64,000 nucleotides of DNA from Gemmatimonadota bacterium. Lineage in GTDB: Bacteria > Gemmatimonadota > Gemmatimonadetes > Gemmatimonadales > Gemmatimonadaceae. A program made the position numbers and the translations under genes. Location of the stretch: the NCBI GenBank assembly GCA_947471365.1, contig CANIWQ010000003.1, forward strand, positions 705-64,704. The letters run 5' to 3'. The notes under the pieces were generated by a model. The model ran no database searches. It was not told the origin of the DNA and was given only the letters and a program-made list of their open reading frames with translations. Shown here piece after piece: positions 8,396 through 16,289 of the stretch; positions within the stretch are counted from its first letter, which is position 1, and every line of letters begins with the position of its first letter.

Positions 8396-9304
8396 GTGCC
8401 GCTGCACGCTTGGTCCAGCGCCCGTCACACCGTTCCGCTCCCAGACGGGCATCGCTTTCCGATCGCCAAGTACCAGAAACTCCGCGACGCCGTACTCGAC
8501 GCCGGACTGGTACCACTGAGCCATCTCCACGACCCCGCCCGCGTGGCACACGAGGATCTACTGCGCGTGCACACCACCGCGTGGGTCGATTCGGTTGAAC
8601 AGGGTACGCTCGACGCCGCCGCCGTCCGACGCGTGGGGTTCCCGTGGTCTCCGCTTCTCGTCGAACGCGCATTCCGCGCGGTTGGCGGCACCTGCGAGGC
8701 AGCACAAGCCGCGCTCCAACACGGAGTCGCCGTGAATCTCGCCGGTGGCACCCATCACGCGTTTGCCACGCACGGCGAGGGCTTTTGTGTCTTCAACGAT
8801 GTCGCAGTCGCCGTGCGCATGTTGCAAGCGCGGCGCGACACGCGGACGCAACGCGCGGCCATCATCGACCTTGACGTGCATCAGGGCAATGGCACGCACG
8901 CCATCTTTGCCGACGACGCCGACGTGTTCACCTTCTCGATGCACGGCGGCCGCAACTATCCATTTCGCAAAGTCCCCGGCTCGCTGGACATCGAACTTCA
9001 CGACGGCGCCGGCGACGACGCGTATCTCACACTTCTCGCAGAGCACTTGCCGCGTGTCCTCGAGCGCGCCAAGGCTGATGTCGTGTTCTACCTCGCCGGC
9101 GCCGACCCACACGAGGGCGACGCACTGGGTCGCCTCGCCCTCACCTTCGATGGACTCCAGCGGCGCGACACCATGGTGCTGAACGCCTGCCGTGAGATCG
9201 GACTTCCGGTGTGCGTGACAATCGCCGGTGGCTATGGTCGCAACATCGACGACACCGTGCGCGTGCATGTCAACACCGTTCGCATCGCCGCGACATTCGT
9301 GTAA
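8396..9304 (+). CDS. histone deacetylase family (HDAC-like amidohydrolase)
   Basis: Motifs GHRFP, GGTHHAF, DLDVHQGNG and IAGGYG are present, so the catalytic residues look intact. GTG start. Confidence 0.85.
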   Translation: MPLHAWSSARHTVPLPDGHRFPIAKYQKLRDAVLDAGLVPLSHLHDPARVAHEDLLRVHTTAWVDSVEQGTLDAAAVRRVGFPWSPLLVERAFRAVGGTCEAAQAALQHGVAVNLAGGTHHAFATHGEGFCVFNDVAVAVRMLQARRDTRTQRAAIIDLDVHQGNGTHAIFADDADVFTFSMHGGRNYPFRKVPGSLDIELHDGAGDDAYLTLLAEHLPRVLERAKADVVFYLAGADPHEGDALGRLALTFDGLQRRDTMVLNACREIGLPVCVTIAGGYGRNIDDTVRVHVNTVRIAATFV

Positions 9305-9321
9305 TCGGTTAGGATTCCGCC

Positions 9322-10209
9322 ATGTCTCCCTCCGCCATTCCCGCACCGCGCATCCACGGCTTCACGCAGGGCACCAACACGCCCCTCTACTGGTGTCGCT
9401 ACGGCACCGCGGGGGCGCCGCCTGTCGTCGTACTGCACGGCGGCCCCGGTGCGCACCACGACTACCTGCTCCCGCAACTGCTCGACCTCGCCGACACCTA
9501 TGATCTGCTCTTTTACGATCAACGTGGCGGCGGCCAATCCAAGACCGATGATCGCACGCCCATCACATGGCACACCCACGTGACCGACCTCGCTGCGGTA
9601 CTCGCAGAACTCGAACCCGCGCCGCCGACGATCCTCGGCTATTCCTGGGGCGGCATGCTCGCGCTACTCTACGCCGTGGAGGCCGCCTCTGGGCGCGTCA
9701 CCCCGGCCCCCGCGCGTCTCGCCCTGATAGACCCTGCACCACTCTCGAGGCAGTGGCGCACGGAATTCGAAGCCGAGTTTGCGCGCCGCCAGCTGAGCGC
9801 CGAGGTGCAGACCCTTCGTGACGCCCTCACCGCATCGGGGCTCCGAGAGACCGACCCCGCGGCGTATCGCCAGCGCACCTTCGAACTGAGCGTGGCCGGC
9901 TACTTTGCCGATCCACGCCGAGCGACTGACCTGACCCCCTTCCGCGTCACGGGGCGGGTGCAGCAATCCGTCTGGGAAAGCCTTGGGGAGTTCGATCTTA
10001 TTCCGGACCTCGCCAAGGTGCCTTACGACGTCCAGATTATCCACGGACGGCAGGATCCGATCCCACTGGAGTCCTCCGAAGCCGCCGCCCGCGCCCTCAG
10101 GGCGGAGTTGGTGGTGCTGGAGGACTGCGGACACGTACCTTATGTTGAAGCACATGGCTCCCTGATGGCCGCGCTGAGGCGGTTCCTCCGGCGACCGGAT
10201 GCCGTCTAA
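9322..10209 (+). CDS. alpha/beta hydrolase, proline iminopeptidase-like (S33)
   Basis: VVVLHGGPGAHH, FYDQRGGGQS, nucleophile elbow GYSWGG and C-terminal CGHVP. Confidence 0.8.
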   Translation: MSPSAIPAPRIHGFTQGTNTPLYWCRYGTAGAPPVVVLHGGPGAHHDYLLPQLLDLADTYDLLFYDQRGGGQSKTDDRTPITWHTHVTDLAAVLAELEPAPPTILGYSWGGMLALLYAVEAASGRVTPAPARLALIDPAPLSRQWRTEFEAEFARRQLSAEVQTLRDALTASGLRETDPAAYRQRTFELSVAGYFADPRRATDLTPFRVTGRVQQSVWESLGEFDLIPDLAKVPYDVQIIHGRQDPIPLESSEAAARALRAELVVLEDCGHVPYVEAHGSLMAALRRFLRRPDAV

Positions 10210-10244
10210 CAACGCCGCCGATACGACCAGACAGCACACCCCCC

Positions 10245-10700
10245 ATGGCCTCTTACGACGAAATCTCGCAACCGCATTTGGCCACCATCGACAGCGAAGG
10301 TCGACGGTACAACGTCACCGTGCGCGTCGGCTACGACGGCGTGGAGTACGTGGGCCGGCTCTGGTTCGCCGACGAATCGTGGGATGACCTTGGCCTTCCC
10401 GACCGCGGCGCGCTCCCCGGACGCACCAGGGACGAGGTGCTCGAGGCGGCGCATCGCCTGACCACCGAAGATCTGATCAAGCGCCATCGGCGCGCCCTGT
10501 CTGAGAAACGGCGTTTCCACGGACTGCGGAAAGCCACGGACGACATCTTGGCCAAGATCCGCTATCTCAATCAAGTCGCCATCTCCATGCGCGCCGGGCT
10601 CCTCGACGTTGAGGGCGCCGCGCAGGAAATCGACCTCACGGAGAAGCAGCTGCACTCCCTCATCGATCGGCTCGCCGCATTCGCGGGCATCGAAGACTGA
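10245..10700 (+). CDS. hypothetical protein
   Basis: ATG-initiated ORF on the same strand as its neighbours with coding-like composition. No family recognised. Confidence 0.5.
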   Translation: MASYDEISQPHLATIDSEGRRYNVTVRVGYDGVEYVGRLWFADESWDDLGLPDRGALPGRTRDEVLEAAHRLTTEDLIKRHRRALSEKRRFHGLRKATDDILAKIRYLNQVAISMRAGLLDVEGAAQEIDLTEKQLHSLIDRLAAFAGIED

Positions 10701-10714
10701 TCGTGGCCTGACGC

Positions 10715-12352
10715 GTGCCACTGCCGCACGCTGCCCACCTCATTGCTGAGCTCCACGCCCTGCTCGAACTGCAGAGCGCGGACCCGCACACGCCCGCCGT
10801 TGCCCTGGCCATCGCCGAACTCGAACGCGACGGCGAGTGCACCCTGCTCGACCGACTGCGTGAGTCCACGCCCGAAGGACTCTTTGAGATGTTGCGGATT
10901 CCGGGGCTCGGCCCCTCGCGCATCCACCGCTTACACCAAGGACTCGGCATCGACTCGCTGCAGGGGCTCGAAGCCGCTGCGCGCGATGGCCGTCTTGCGA
11001 GACTCCCGCGATTTGGAAGCGCGATGGCGGAGCAAATCCTTCGCGGCATCAGCGGATTACGCGAGACGGGCACGGCGTTTCTGCTCCCACACGCCAGCGC
11101 CGAAGCCGAGCGCCTGTTGGCGATGGTGCGCGCCCATCCCGCCGTGCAGCGCGCGGCCGTGGCCGGCGCCGTCCGGCGGCGCTGCGAAGTGGTGCACGAC
11201 CTCGACATCGTCGCCGAGTGCCTCGGCGATCCGATTGCCGTGGCCACACGGGTCGCGCGCGGCGACACCGTGCGGTCCTCGCTGGGGCATGGGTCGGCGC
11301 GCGTCACCATCCGGTTCATCGACGGTACTCGCCTCAACCTCCACTGCGTACCAGCGCGTGAGTTCGTGGTGGCACTCTGGCGCGCGACCGGCAATGAATC
11401 GCACGTCGCGTCGGTGGTCACCCACGCATCCGCCATGGGGTTCCGGCTGGGCGAGGTGCTCACGGACGCGCTCGGCAACACCGTATCACTCGCTGATGAA
11501 CCCGCGCTCTACGCCGCCATGGGCCTCGCCTATGTGCCCCCCGAAATGCGCGAGGGACTCGGCGAAACCAATGCCGCCGCGTCACGCACGCTGCCGACGC
11601 TCGTCACCCTGGCCGACCTGCGCGGCGTCCTGCACTGCCACTCGCAATACTCCGACGGCGGCACGACGATCGCCGAACTGGCCGACGACGCCAAGCGCCG
11701 CGGCTGGTCATACATCGGCATCAGCGACCACTCGCAGTCGGCATTTTACACGGGCGGCCTGATGCGCGAGTCCATTGATCGCCAGCACGCGGAAATCGAC
11801 GAGCTCAATGCACGCCTCGACGGCATGCGCGTCCTGAAAGGGATCGAGGCGGACATTCTTCCCTCGGGCGATGTCGACTACCCCACCGAGGAGAACGACG
11901 GCTTCGACTACGTCATTGCGTCGGTGCACTCGCGATTCGGCATGAACGAAGTCCAGATGACCGAACGCGTCCTCAAGGCGCTCGACGACCCGCGCGTGAC
12001 CATCCTTGGGCATCCCACGGGCCGACTGTTACTCACGCGCGAGGCATACCCGATCGACATGCAGGCGGTACTCGCCAAAGCTGGCGCCGATGGTGTGGCC
12101 GTGGAACTCAATGCCGATCCGCACCGCCTCGACCTCGATTGGCGCCTCTGCCGCGACGCACGCCGCCATGGCGTGCGCATTGAGATCGGCCCCGACGCGC
12201 ATTCGCGCCAAGGCCTCGACCACGCGGCGCTCGGCGTGGACATCGCCCGCAAGGGATGGCTGACCGCGAGCGACATTCTCAACGCCGGTGACGCCGACGC
12301 CGTGCTCGATTTTTCTCGCCGCCGCCGCGCGCGCGCGGTGGCCGCACACTAA
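10715..12352 (+). CDS. DNA polymerase X family protein with C-terminal PHP domain
   Basis: Helix-hairpin-helix segments (LRIPGLGPSRIHRL, LPRFGSAMAEQI), palm motif VVHDLDIV and PHP motifs LHCHSQYSDG, ISDHS, HP. Confidence 0.8.
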   Translation: MPLPHAAHLIAELHALLELQSADPHTPAVALAIAELERDGECTLLDRLRESTPEGLFEMLRIPGLGPSRIHRLHQGLGIDSLQGLEAAARDGRLARLPRFGSAMAEQILRGISGLRETGTAFLLPHASAEAERLLAMVRAHPAVQRAAVAGAVRRRCEVVHDLDIVAECLGDPIAVATRVARGDTVRSSLGHGSARVTIRFIDGTRLNLHCVPAREFVVALWRATGNESHVASVVTHASAMGFRLGEVLTDALGNTVSLADEPALYAAMGLAYVPPEMREGLGETNAAASRTLPTLVTLADLRGVLHCHSQYSDGGTTIAELADDAKRRGWSYIGISDHSQSAFYTGGLMRESIDRQHAEIDELNARLDGMRVLKGIEADILPSGDVDYPTEENDGFDYVIASVHSRFGMNEVQMTERVLKALDDPRVTILGHPTGRLLLTREAYPIDMQAVLAKAGADGVAVELNADPHRLDLDWRLCRDARRHGVRIEIGPDAHSRQGLDHAALGVDIARKGWLTASDILNAGDADAVLDFSRRRRARAVAAH

Positions 12353-12360
12353 GGCGACGC

Positions 12361-13047
12361 ATGTCACCCCATCGCAAATCGTCGGCACGAAGCAAAGGCC
12401 GCCCCATGGGCGCCGCCGCGCTGTTCTCGCACGCGGCAGAAATCGAACGGCGACTGCTCGTGGAATATCCCGACGCGCACTGCGAACTCGACTTTGCGAC
12501 ACCACTGCAACTGCTCGAGGCCACCATCCTGAGCGCGCAGTGCACGGACAAGCGTGTCAACATGGTCACTCCGGAGCTGTTCAAGCGATATCCCAGCGCC
12601 GCAGCGCTCGCCGACGCCAATATGGACGAGCTTGAAACGGTCATTCGCAGCACGGGCTTCTACCGGAACAAAGCCAAGAGCCTCGTGGGCATGGCGCAGG
12701 CGCTGGTGGACGATCACGGCGGCGAGGTTCCGCGCACGATGGCGGAACTCATCAAGCTCCCTGGTGTGGGGCGCAAGACCGCGAACGTTATTCTCGGCAA
12801 TGCCTTCGGCCTCAACGAAGGGATCGTTGTGGACACGCACGTGGCACGGCTCGCCACGCGCTTTGGCTTCACCGACGAAACCGATCCAGTAAAAGTGGAG
12901 AAGGCGCTCCTTCCGTTGTTCCCCAAAGATTCGTGGACGAAGTTTTCGCACCTGCTCATCTGGCACGGCCGCCGCACCTGCGACGCCCGTAAGCCACGAT
13001 GCGAGGGATGCTCGCTCCGCGACATCTGCCCGTCTGCGGACGTATGA
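12361..13047 (+). CDS. nth: endonuclease III
   Basis: HhH-GPD motif LPGVGRKTANV and Fe-S cluster loop CDARKPRCEGCSLRDIC. Confidence 0.92.
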   Translation: MSPHRKSSARSKGRPMGAAALFSHAAEIERRLLVEYPDAHCELDFATPLQLLEATILSAQCTDKRVNMVTPELFKRYPSAAALADANMDELETVIRSTGFYRNKAKSLVGMAQALVDDHGGEVPRTMAELIKLPGVGRKTANVILGNAFGLNEGIVVDTHVARLATRFGFTDETDPVKVEKALLPLFPKDSWTKFSHLLIWHGRRTCDARKPRCEGCSLRDICPSADV

Positions 13048-13574
13048 GGACGGTGCACACCCCACCGACGACCGCACGATCGGTCGCCCGCGCGTCGCGG
13101 ACGGCAGGCCTCGTGGCGGCAATCGCGGCACTGCTCGTGGCCGCGGCGTGCGCATCGTCGCCGCCGACACCCGAGCCCGTGCCTGCCGCGCCTTCCTCAG
13201 CCGTCGTGCCGACGGGAAGCGACATGTGCTACCTCACCGTCGCCGATGCGGTAAAGAATCCGCGACTCGAGGTTGAGCGCGTGCCCGCACCCGTGAAGAT
13301 GGATCCGCCGATCTTCAAACCGCCGTATCCGCGGGGCGTGTTTGGCAAAGGGAACTACATGGAGCTCGCCTGGGAGGTCCTCGTGGACACCCTCGGAAAG
13401 CCCGATATGTCCACCTTCGTCGTGCTCAAAGCGTCGCATCCGTGGTTTGCGACGCAGGCGCAGAAGGCGGCCACGAAATGGACCTTTACGCCGGCCGAAA
13501 AGGGTGGCTGCAAAGTGCCCCGCTTCTATAAATTCGGTATCAGTTCGGGCCCCAAGCCCGCCAAATCGCCCTGA
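13044..13574 (+). CDS. lipoprotein with TonB C-terminal-like domain
   Basis: ATG 13044 overlaps the nth stop (ATGA). Lipobox LLVAAAC, a Pro-rich linker and a TonB_C-like segment (PPYPRGVF..G..ELAWEVLVDTLGKPD...AATKWTFTPA). Confidence 0.6.
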   Translation: MRTVHTPPTTARSVARASRTAGLVAAIAALLVAAACASSPPTPEPVPAAPSSAVVPTGSDMCYLTVADAVKNPRLEVERVPAPVKMDPPIFKPPYPRGVFGKGNYMELAWEVLVDTLGKPDMSTFVVLKASHPWFATQAQKAATKWTFTPAEKGGCKVPRFYKFGISSGPKPAKSP

Positions 13575-13636
13575 GTGAGCGGCACCGCCCGTCGCATCGT
13601 GCGCCGAGGCGTTCCACGCACTAGAATTCCTCCCAT

Positions 13637-14092
13637 ATGACCAAGACTGCTACGTTCGAAACCAACATCGGCACCATCGTGGCCGAACTCTACGAGACGG
13701 ACGCCCCGATCGCGGCCGCCAATTTTGAGAAACTCGCCAACGCGGGCTTCTACGACGGACTCAAGTTCCATCGCGTCATCCCTGAGTTCGTGGTGCAGGG
13801 TGGCTGCCCGAATACCGGCAAGGACCCCAAGGGCCCCCCAGGCAGCGGCGGCCCGGGCTGGACCATCAAGTGCGAAACCAAGGACAATCCGCGTACCCAC
13901 ACGGTGGGCGCGCTCTCGATGGCGCACGCTGGCAAAGACACCGGCGGGAGCCAGTTCTTCATGGTGCTGAGCGAAGACAACACTCGGCATCTCAACGGCG
14001 TGCACACGGTGTTTGGTCAGATCACCAGCGGCATTGACGTGATGAAGAAGATCAAGCAGAACGATTCCATGACGACCGTGCGCGTCGCGTAA
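13637..14092 (+). CDS. peptidyl-prolyl cis-trans isomerase, cyclophilin type
   Basis: Motifs [27 protein letters not shown] and HTVFG. Confidence 0.92.
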   Translation: MTKTATFETNIGTIVAELYETDAPIAAANFEKLANAGFYDGLKFHRVIPEFVVQGGCPNTGKDPKGPPGSGGPGWTIKCETKDNPRTHTVGALSMAHAGKDTGGSQFFMVLSEDNTRHLNGVHTVFGQITSGIDVMKKIKQNDSMTTVRVA

Positions 14093-14128
14093 CGCGTCGC
14101 CTTCGCTTCTTTCTTCGAGGATTGTCTC

Positions 14129-14293
14129 ATGTCCGGCAACCATCATCCCTCCGATCGTACCGCGGCCTTTACGGGCCTCATCGTTGGCGCCGTTGCGATT
14201 GGCATCATGCTGTACGGCATCGTGCTCTTGACCAACGCGCAATACGCCAAGGAAGCCGGGGCGCCCAAGCCCACGGCAAGCGCTATCAGGTAG
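14129..14293 (+). CDS. candidate 54-aa single-TM protein (below the ORF-track cut-off)
   Basis: My translation is MSGNHHPSDRTAAFTGLIVGAVAIGIMLYGIVLLTNAQYAKEAGAPKPTASAIR. GAGG lies 9 nt upstream, third codon positions are mostly G/C, and an intrinsic terminator follows. Confidence 0.4.
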   Translation: MSGNHHPSDRTAAFTGLIVGAVAIGIMLYGIVLLTNAQYAKEAGAPKPTASAIR

Positions 14294-14297
14294 CGCC

Positions 14298-16205
14298 GTG
14301 ACCGCTCCAACGCAGGAACGTGATCGCCCCTCGGCCAGTGGTCGGGGGGCGGTTTTTTTTGCGATCGTGGCGTCACCTGCCGCGCGGTTGCCGTTGGCGG
14401 TCCTCGCCTCCCTCGTGGTGGGAGCCATGGTTCGGATCTTCGACGCCACGCTCTCGGACCGCGTCTGGTTGTTGGCGCTGGTGCTCACGGGAGCACCCGT
14501 CACCTGGAAAACGCTGCGCGGCTTGTTCGGCGGTCACTTTGCGGCCGATGTCGTGGCGATGCTCGCGATCGTCACGGCCGTCGTACTGCGCCAGCCGATT
14601 GCCGGCCTCGTCATTGTGCTCATGCAGACCGGCGGCGAGTTGCTCGACGCCTACGCCGAAGGCCGCGCCTCCGATGCGGTGCGTGAGTTGGAACGCGCGG
14701 CGCCGCGGGTGGCGCATCGCGTGCGCGGCGAGACCACCGAAGACATAGAAGCCGACGCCATTGTCCCTGGCGATGTGCTCCTCGTGCGTCCCGGCGAAAT
14801 GGTCGCCTGCGACGGCATCATCGCCGACGGCGCGTCGCATATCGACGTCGCGCGCCTCACCGGCGAGCCGTCGCCGGAGTTCGTGACCGCCGGTTCAGTG
14901 GTGCGCTCCGGATCGGTCAATCAAGAATCCGCGTTTCGGCTGCGCGCGACCGCACCGGCGCGCGATAGTCTGTACGCGCGCATTGTGGAACTCGTGCGCA
15001 GCGCGCAGGCTGAAAAATCGCCCATTCAGCGCCTCGCCGACCGCTACGCCATTTGGTTCACGCCGGTCACCATCGTCGCGTGCGCGCTCGCCTGGTTCCT
15101 CTCCGGCGATGCGTTGCGCGTGCTCGCCGTGCTTGTCGTGGCCACCCCCTGCCCGCTGATTCTCGCGACGCCGGTGGCGATCATCAGTGGCATCAACCGT
15201 GCGGCGCGGCACCAGATCATCGTCCGCACGGGGAGCGCCCTCGAGCAAATCGGCTCCGTCGACGCAGCCGTCTTCGATAAAACCGGTACGCTGACGATCG
15301 GCTACCCAGAGCTCTCCGAGCTCCGCCCAGCCGATGGGTTTGACGAGGCCACGCTGCTCTCACTGACCGCTGGCGTGGAGCACGCGAGCGGGCATTTATT
15401 GGCTCGCACCACCGTGCTCGCCGCACAGGCGCGCGGGTTGCGCGTGCCCGAAGCGCGCGACTCTATCGAGACACCCGGACGCGGCATTTCGGGCACCGTG
15501 GAAGGGCGACGCGTGTCGGTCGGTTCTTTGCGCTACGTGGCGGCCACGCAGCCCAACGCAGCGTCGGGGCTGGCCGCGTTGCACGAAGAGGGCGCCGGAC
15601 TCCGTGCGTATGTAGCCGTCGATGGAGCGGCCGCCGGAGAGCTTCGGTACGCCGACCATGCACGCGAAGGGCTCCCCGCCTTTTTTGCGCGCCTCAAAAC
15701 GTTTGGCGTGAACCGAACCGTGTTGCTCTCCGGCGACCACGAAAAGAACGTCGCAGAGATCGCCCGTGCCCTCGGCATCTCCGAAGCACGCGGCGATATG
15801 CTCCCCGACCAAAAAGTAGCCGTCGTGAAGGAGTTGCTCGCCGCTGGGCACAAAGTGTTGATGACCGGCGACGGCACCAACGACGCCCCCGCGCTGAGCG
15901 CCGCCACGGTTGGCATTGCCCTCGCGGCCCACGGCGGCGGCATCACTGCAGAAGCCGCCGACATCGTGCTCCTCGCGGACGACGTCACCCGAGTGGCCGA
16001 TGCAATCGCCATCGGCCGACGCGCCACGCAGATCGCGCGGCAAAGCATCTTCGCGGGACTCCTGCTGAGCGGCGCTGCGATGGTCGTCGCCGCACTGGGG
16101 TACATCCCGCCGACCATCGGAGCGCTCCTGCAAGAGGCCATCGATATCGCGGTCATCCTCAACGCGCTCCGAGCAGGAACTGGACCGGCGTCAGATATTC
16201 CCTGA
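14298..16205 (+). CDS. heavy-metal-type P1B ATPase with TM PCP motif and no N-terminal metal-binding domain (start uncertain)
   Basis: TGEP, ATPCPLILATP, DKTGTLT and GDGTNDAPAL are present. The longest ORF starts at GTG 14298, but a terminator occupies codons 10-21. In-frame GTG 14367 or ATG 14427 are alternative starts. Confidence 0.85.
   Translation: MTAPTQERDRPSASGRGAVFFAIVASPAARLPLAVLASLVVGAMVRIFDATLSDRVWLLALVLTGAPVTWKTLRGLFGGHFAADVVAMLAIVTAVVLRQPIAGLVIVLMQTGGELLDAYAEGRASDAVRELERAAPRVAHRVRGETTEDIEADAIVPGDVLLVRPGEMVACDGIIADGASHIDVARLTGEPSPEFVTAGSVVRSGSVNQESAFRLRATAPARDSLYARIVELVRSAQAEKSPIQRLADRYAIWFTPVTIVACALAWFLSGDALRVLAVLVVATPCPLILATPVAIISGINRAARHQIIVRTGSALEQIGSVDAAVFDKTGTLTIGYPELSELRPADGFDEATLLSLTAGVEHASGHLLARTTVLAAQARGLRVPEARDSIETPGRGISGTVEGRRVSVGSLRYVAATQPNAASGLAALHEEGAGLRAYVAVDGAAAGELRYADHAREGLPAFFARLKTFGVNRTVLLSGDHEKNVAEIARALGISEARGDMLPDQKVAVVKELLAAGHKVLMTGDGTNDAPALSAATVGIALAAHGGGITAEAADIVLLADDVTRVADAIAIGRRATQIARQSIFAGLLLSGAAMVVAALGYIPPTIGALLQEAIDIAVILNALRAGTGPASDIP
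14325..14360 (+). terminator. rho-independent terminator (12-bp GC-rich stem, 3-nt loop, T8)
   Basis: CGCCCCTCGGCC (14325-14336), loop AGT, GGTCGGGGGGCG (14340-14351) with two G-U pairs, then G + TTTTTTTT (14353-14360). Confidence 0.7.
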
Positions 16206-16289
16206 CAGTCGGTTCAACATCTGCGGATTGCCCATCACCGGTATCTCTCCTTTCTTTTGGGCTGTCCTTCCGCGGAGCTTCCTTACCAT

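Noticed and set aside
8268-8519. 83-aa ORF with an HHPSPPVTTR repeat across the 10-bp array
   Set aside because: A 10-bp unit gives a 30-bp periodic peptide by accident. The ORF runs into the HDAC-like gene out of frame.
16206-16289. FNR/FixK box (TTGAT-N4-ATCAA) upstream of ccoNO
   Set aside because: No match better than a half-site is visible in the 85-nt gap.
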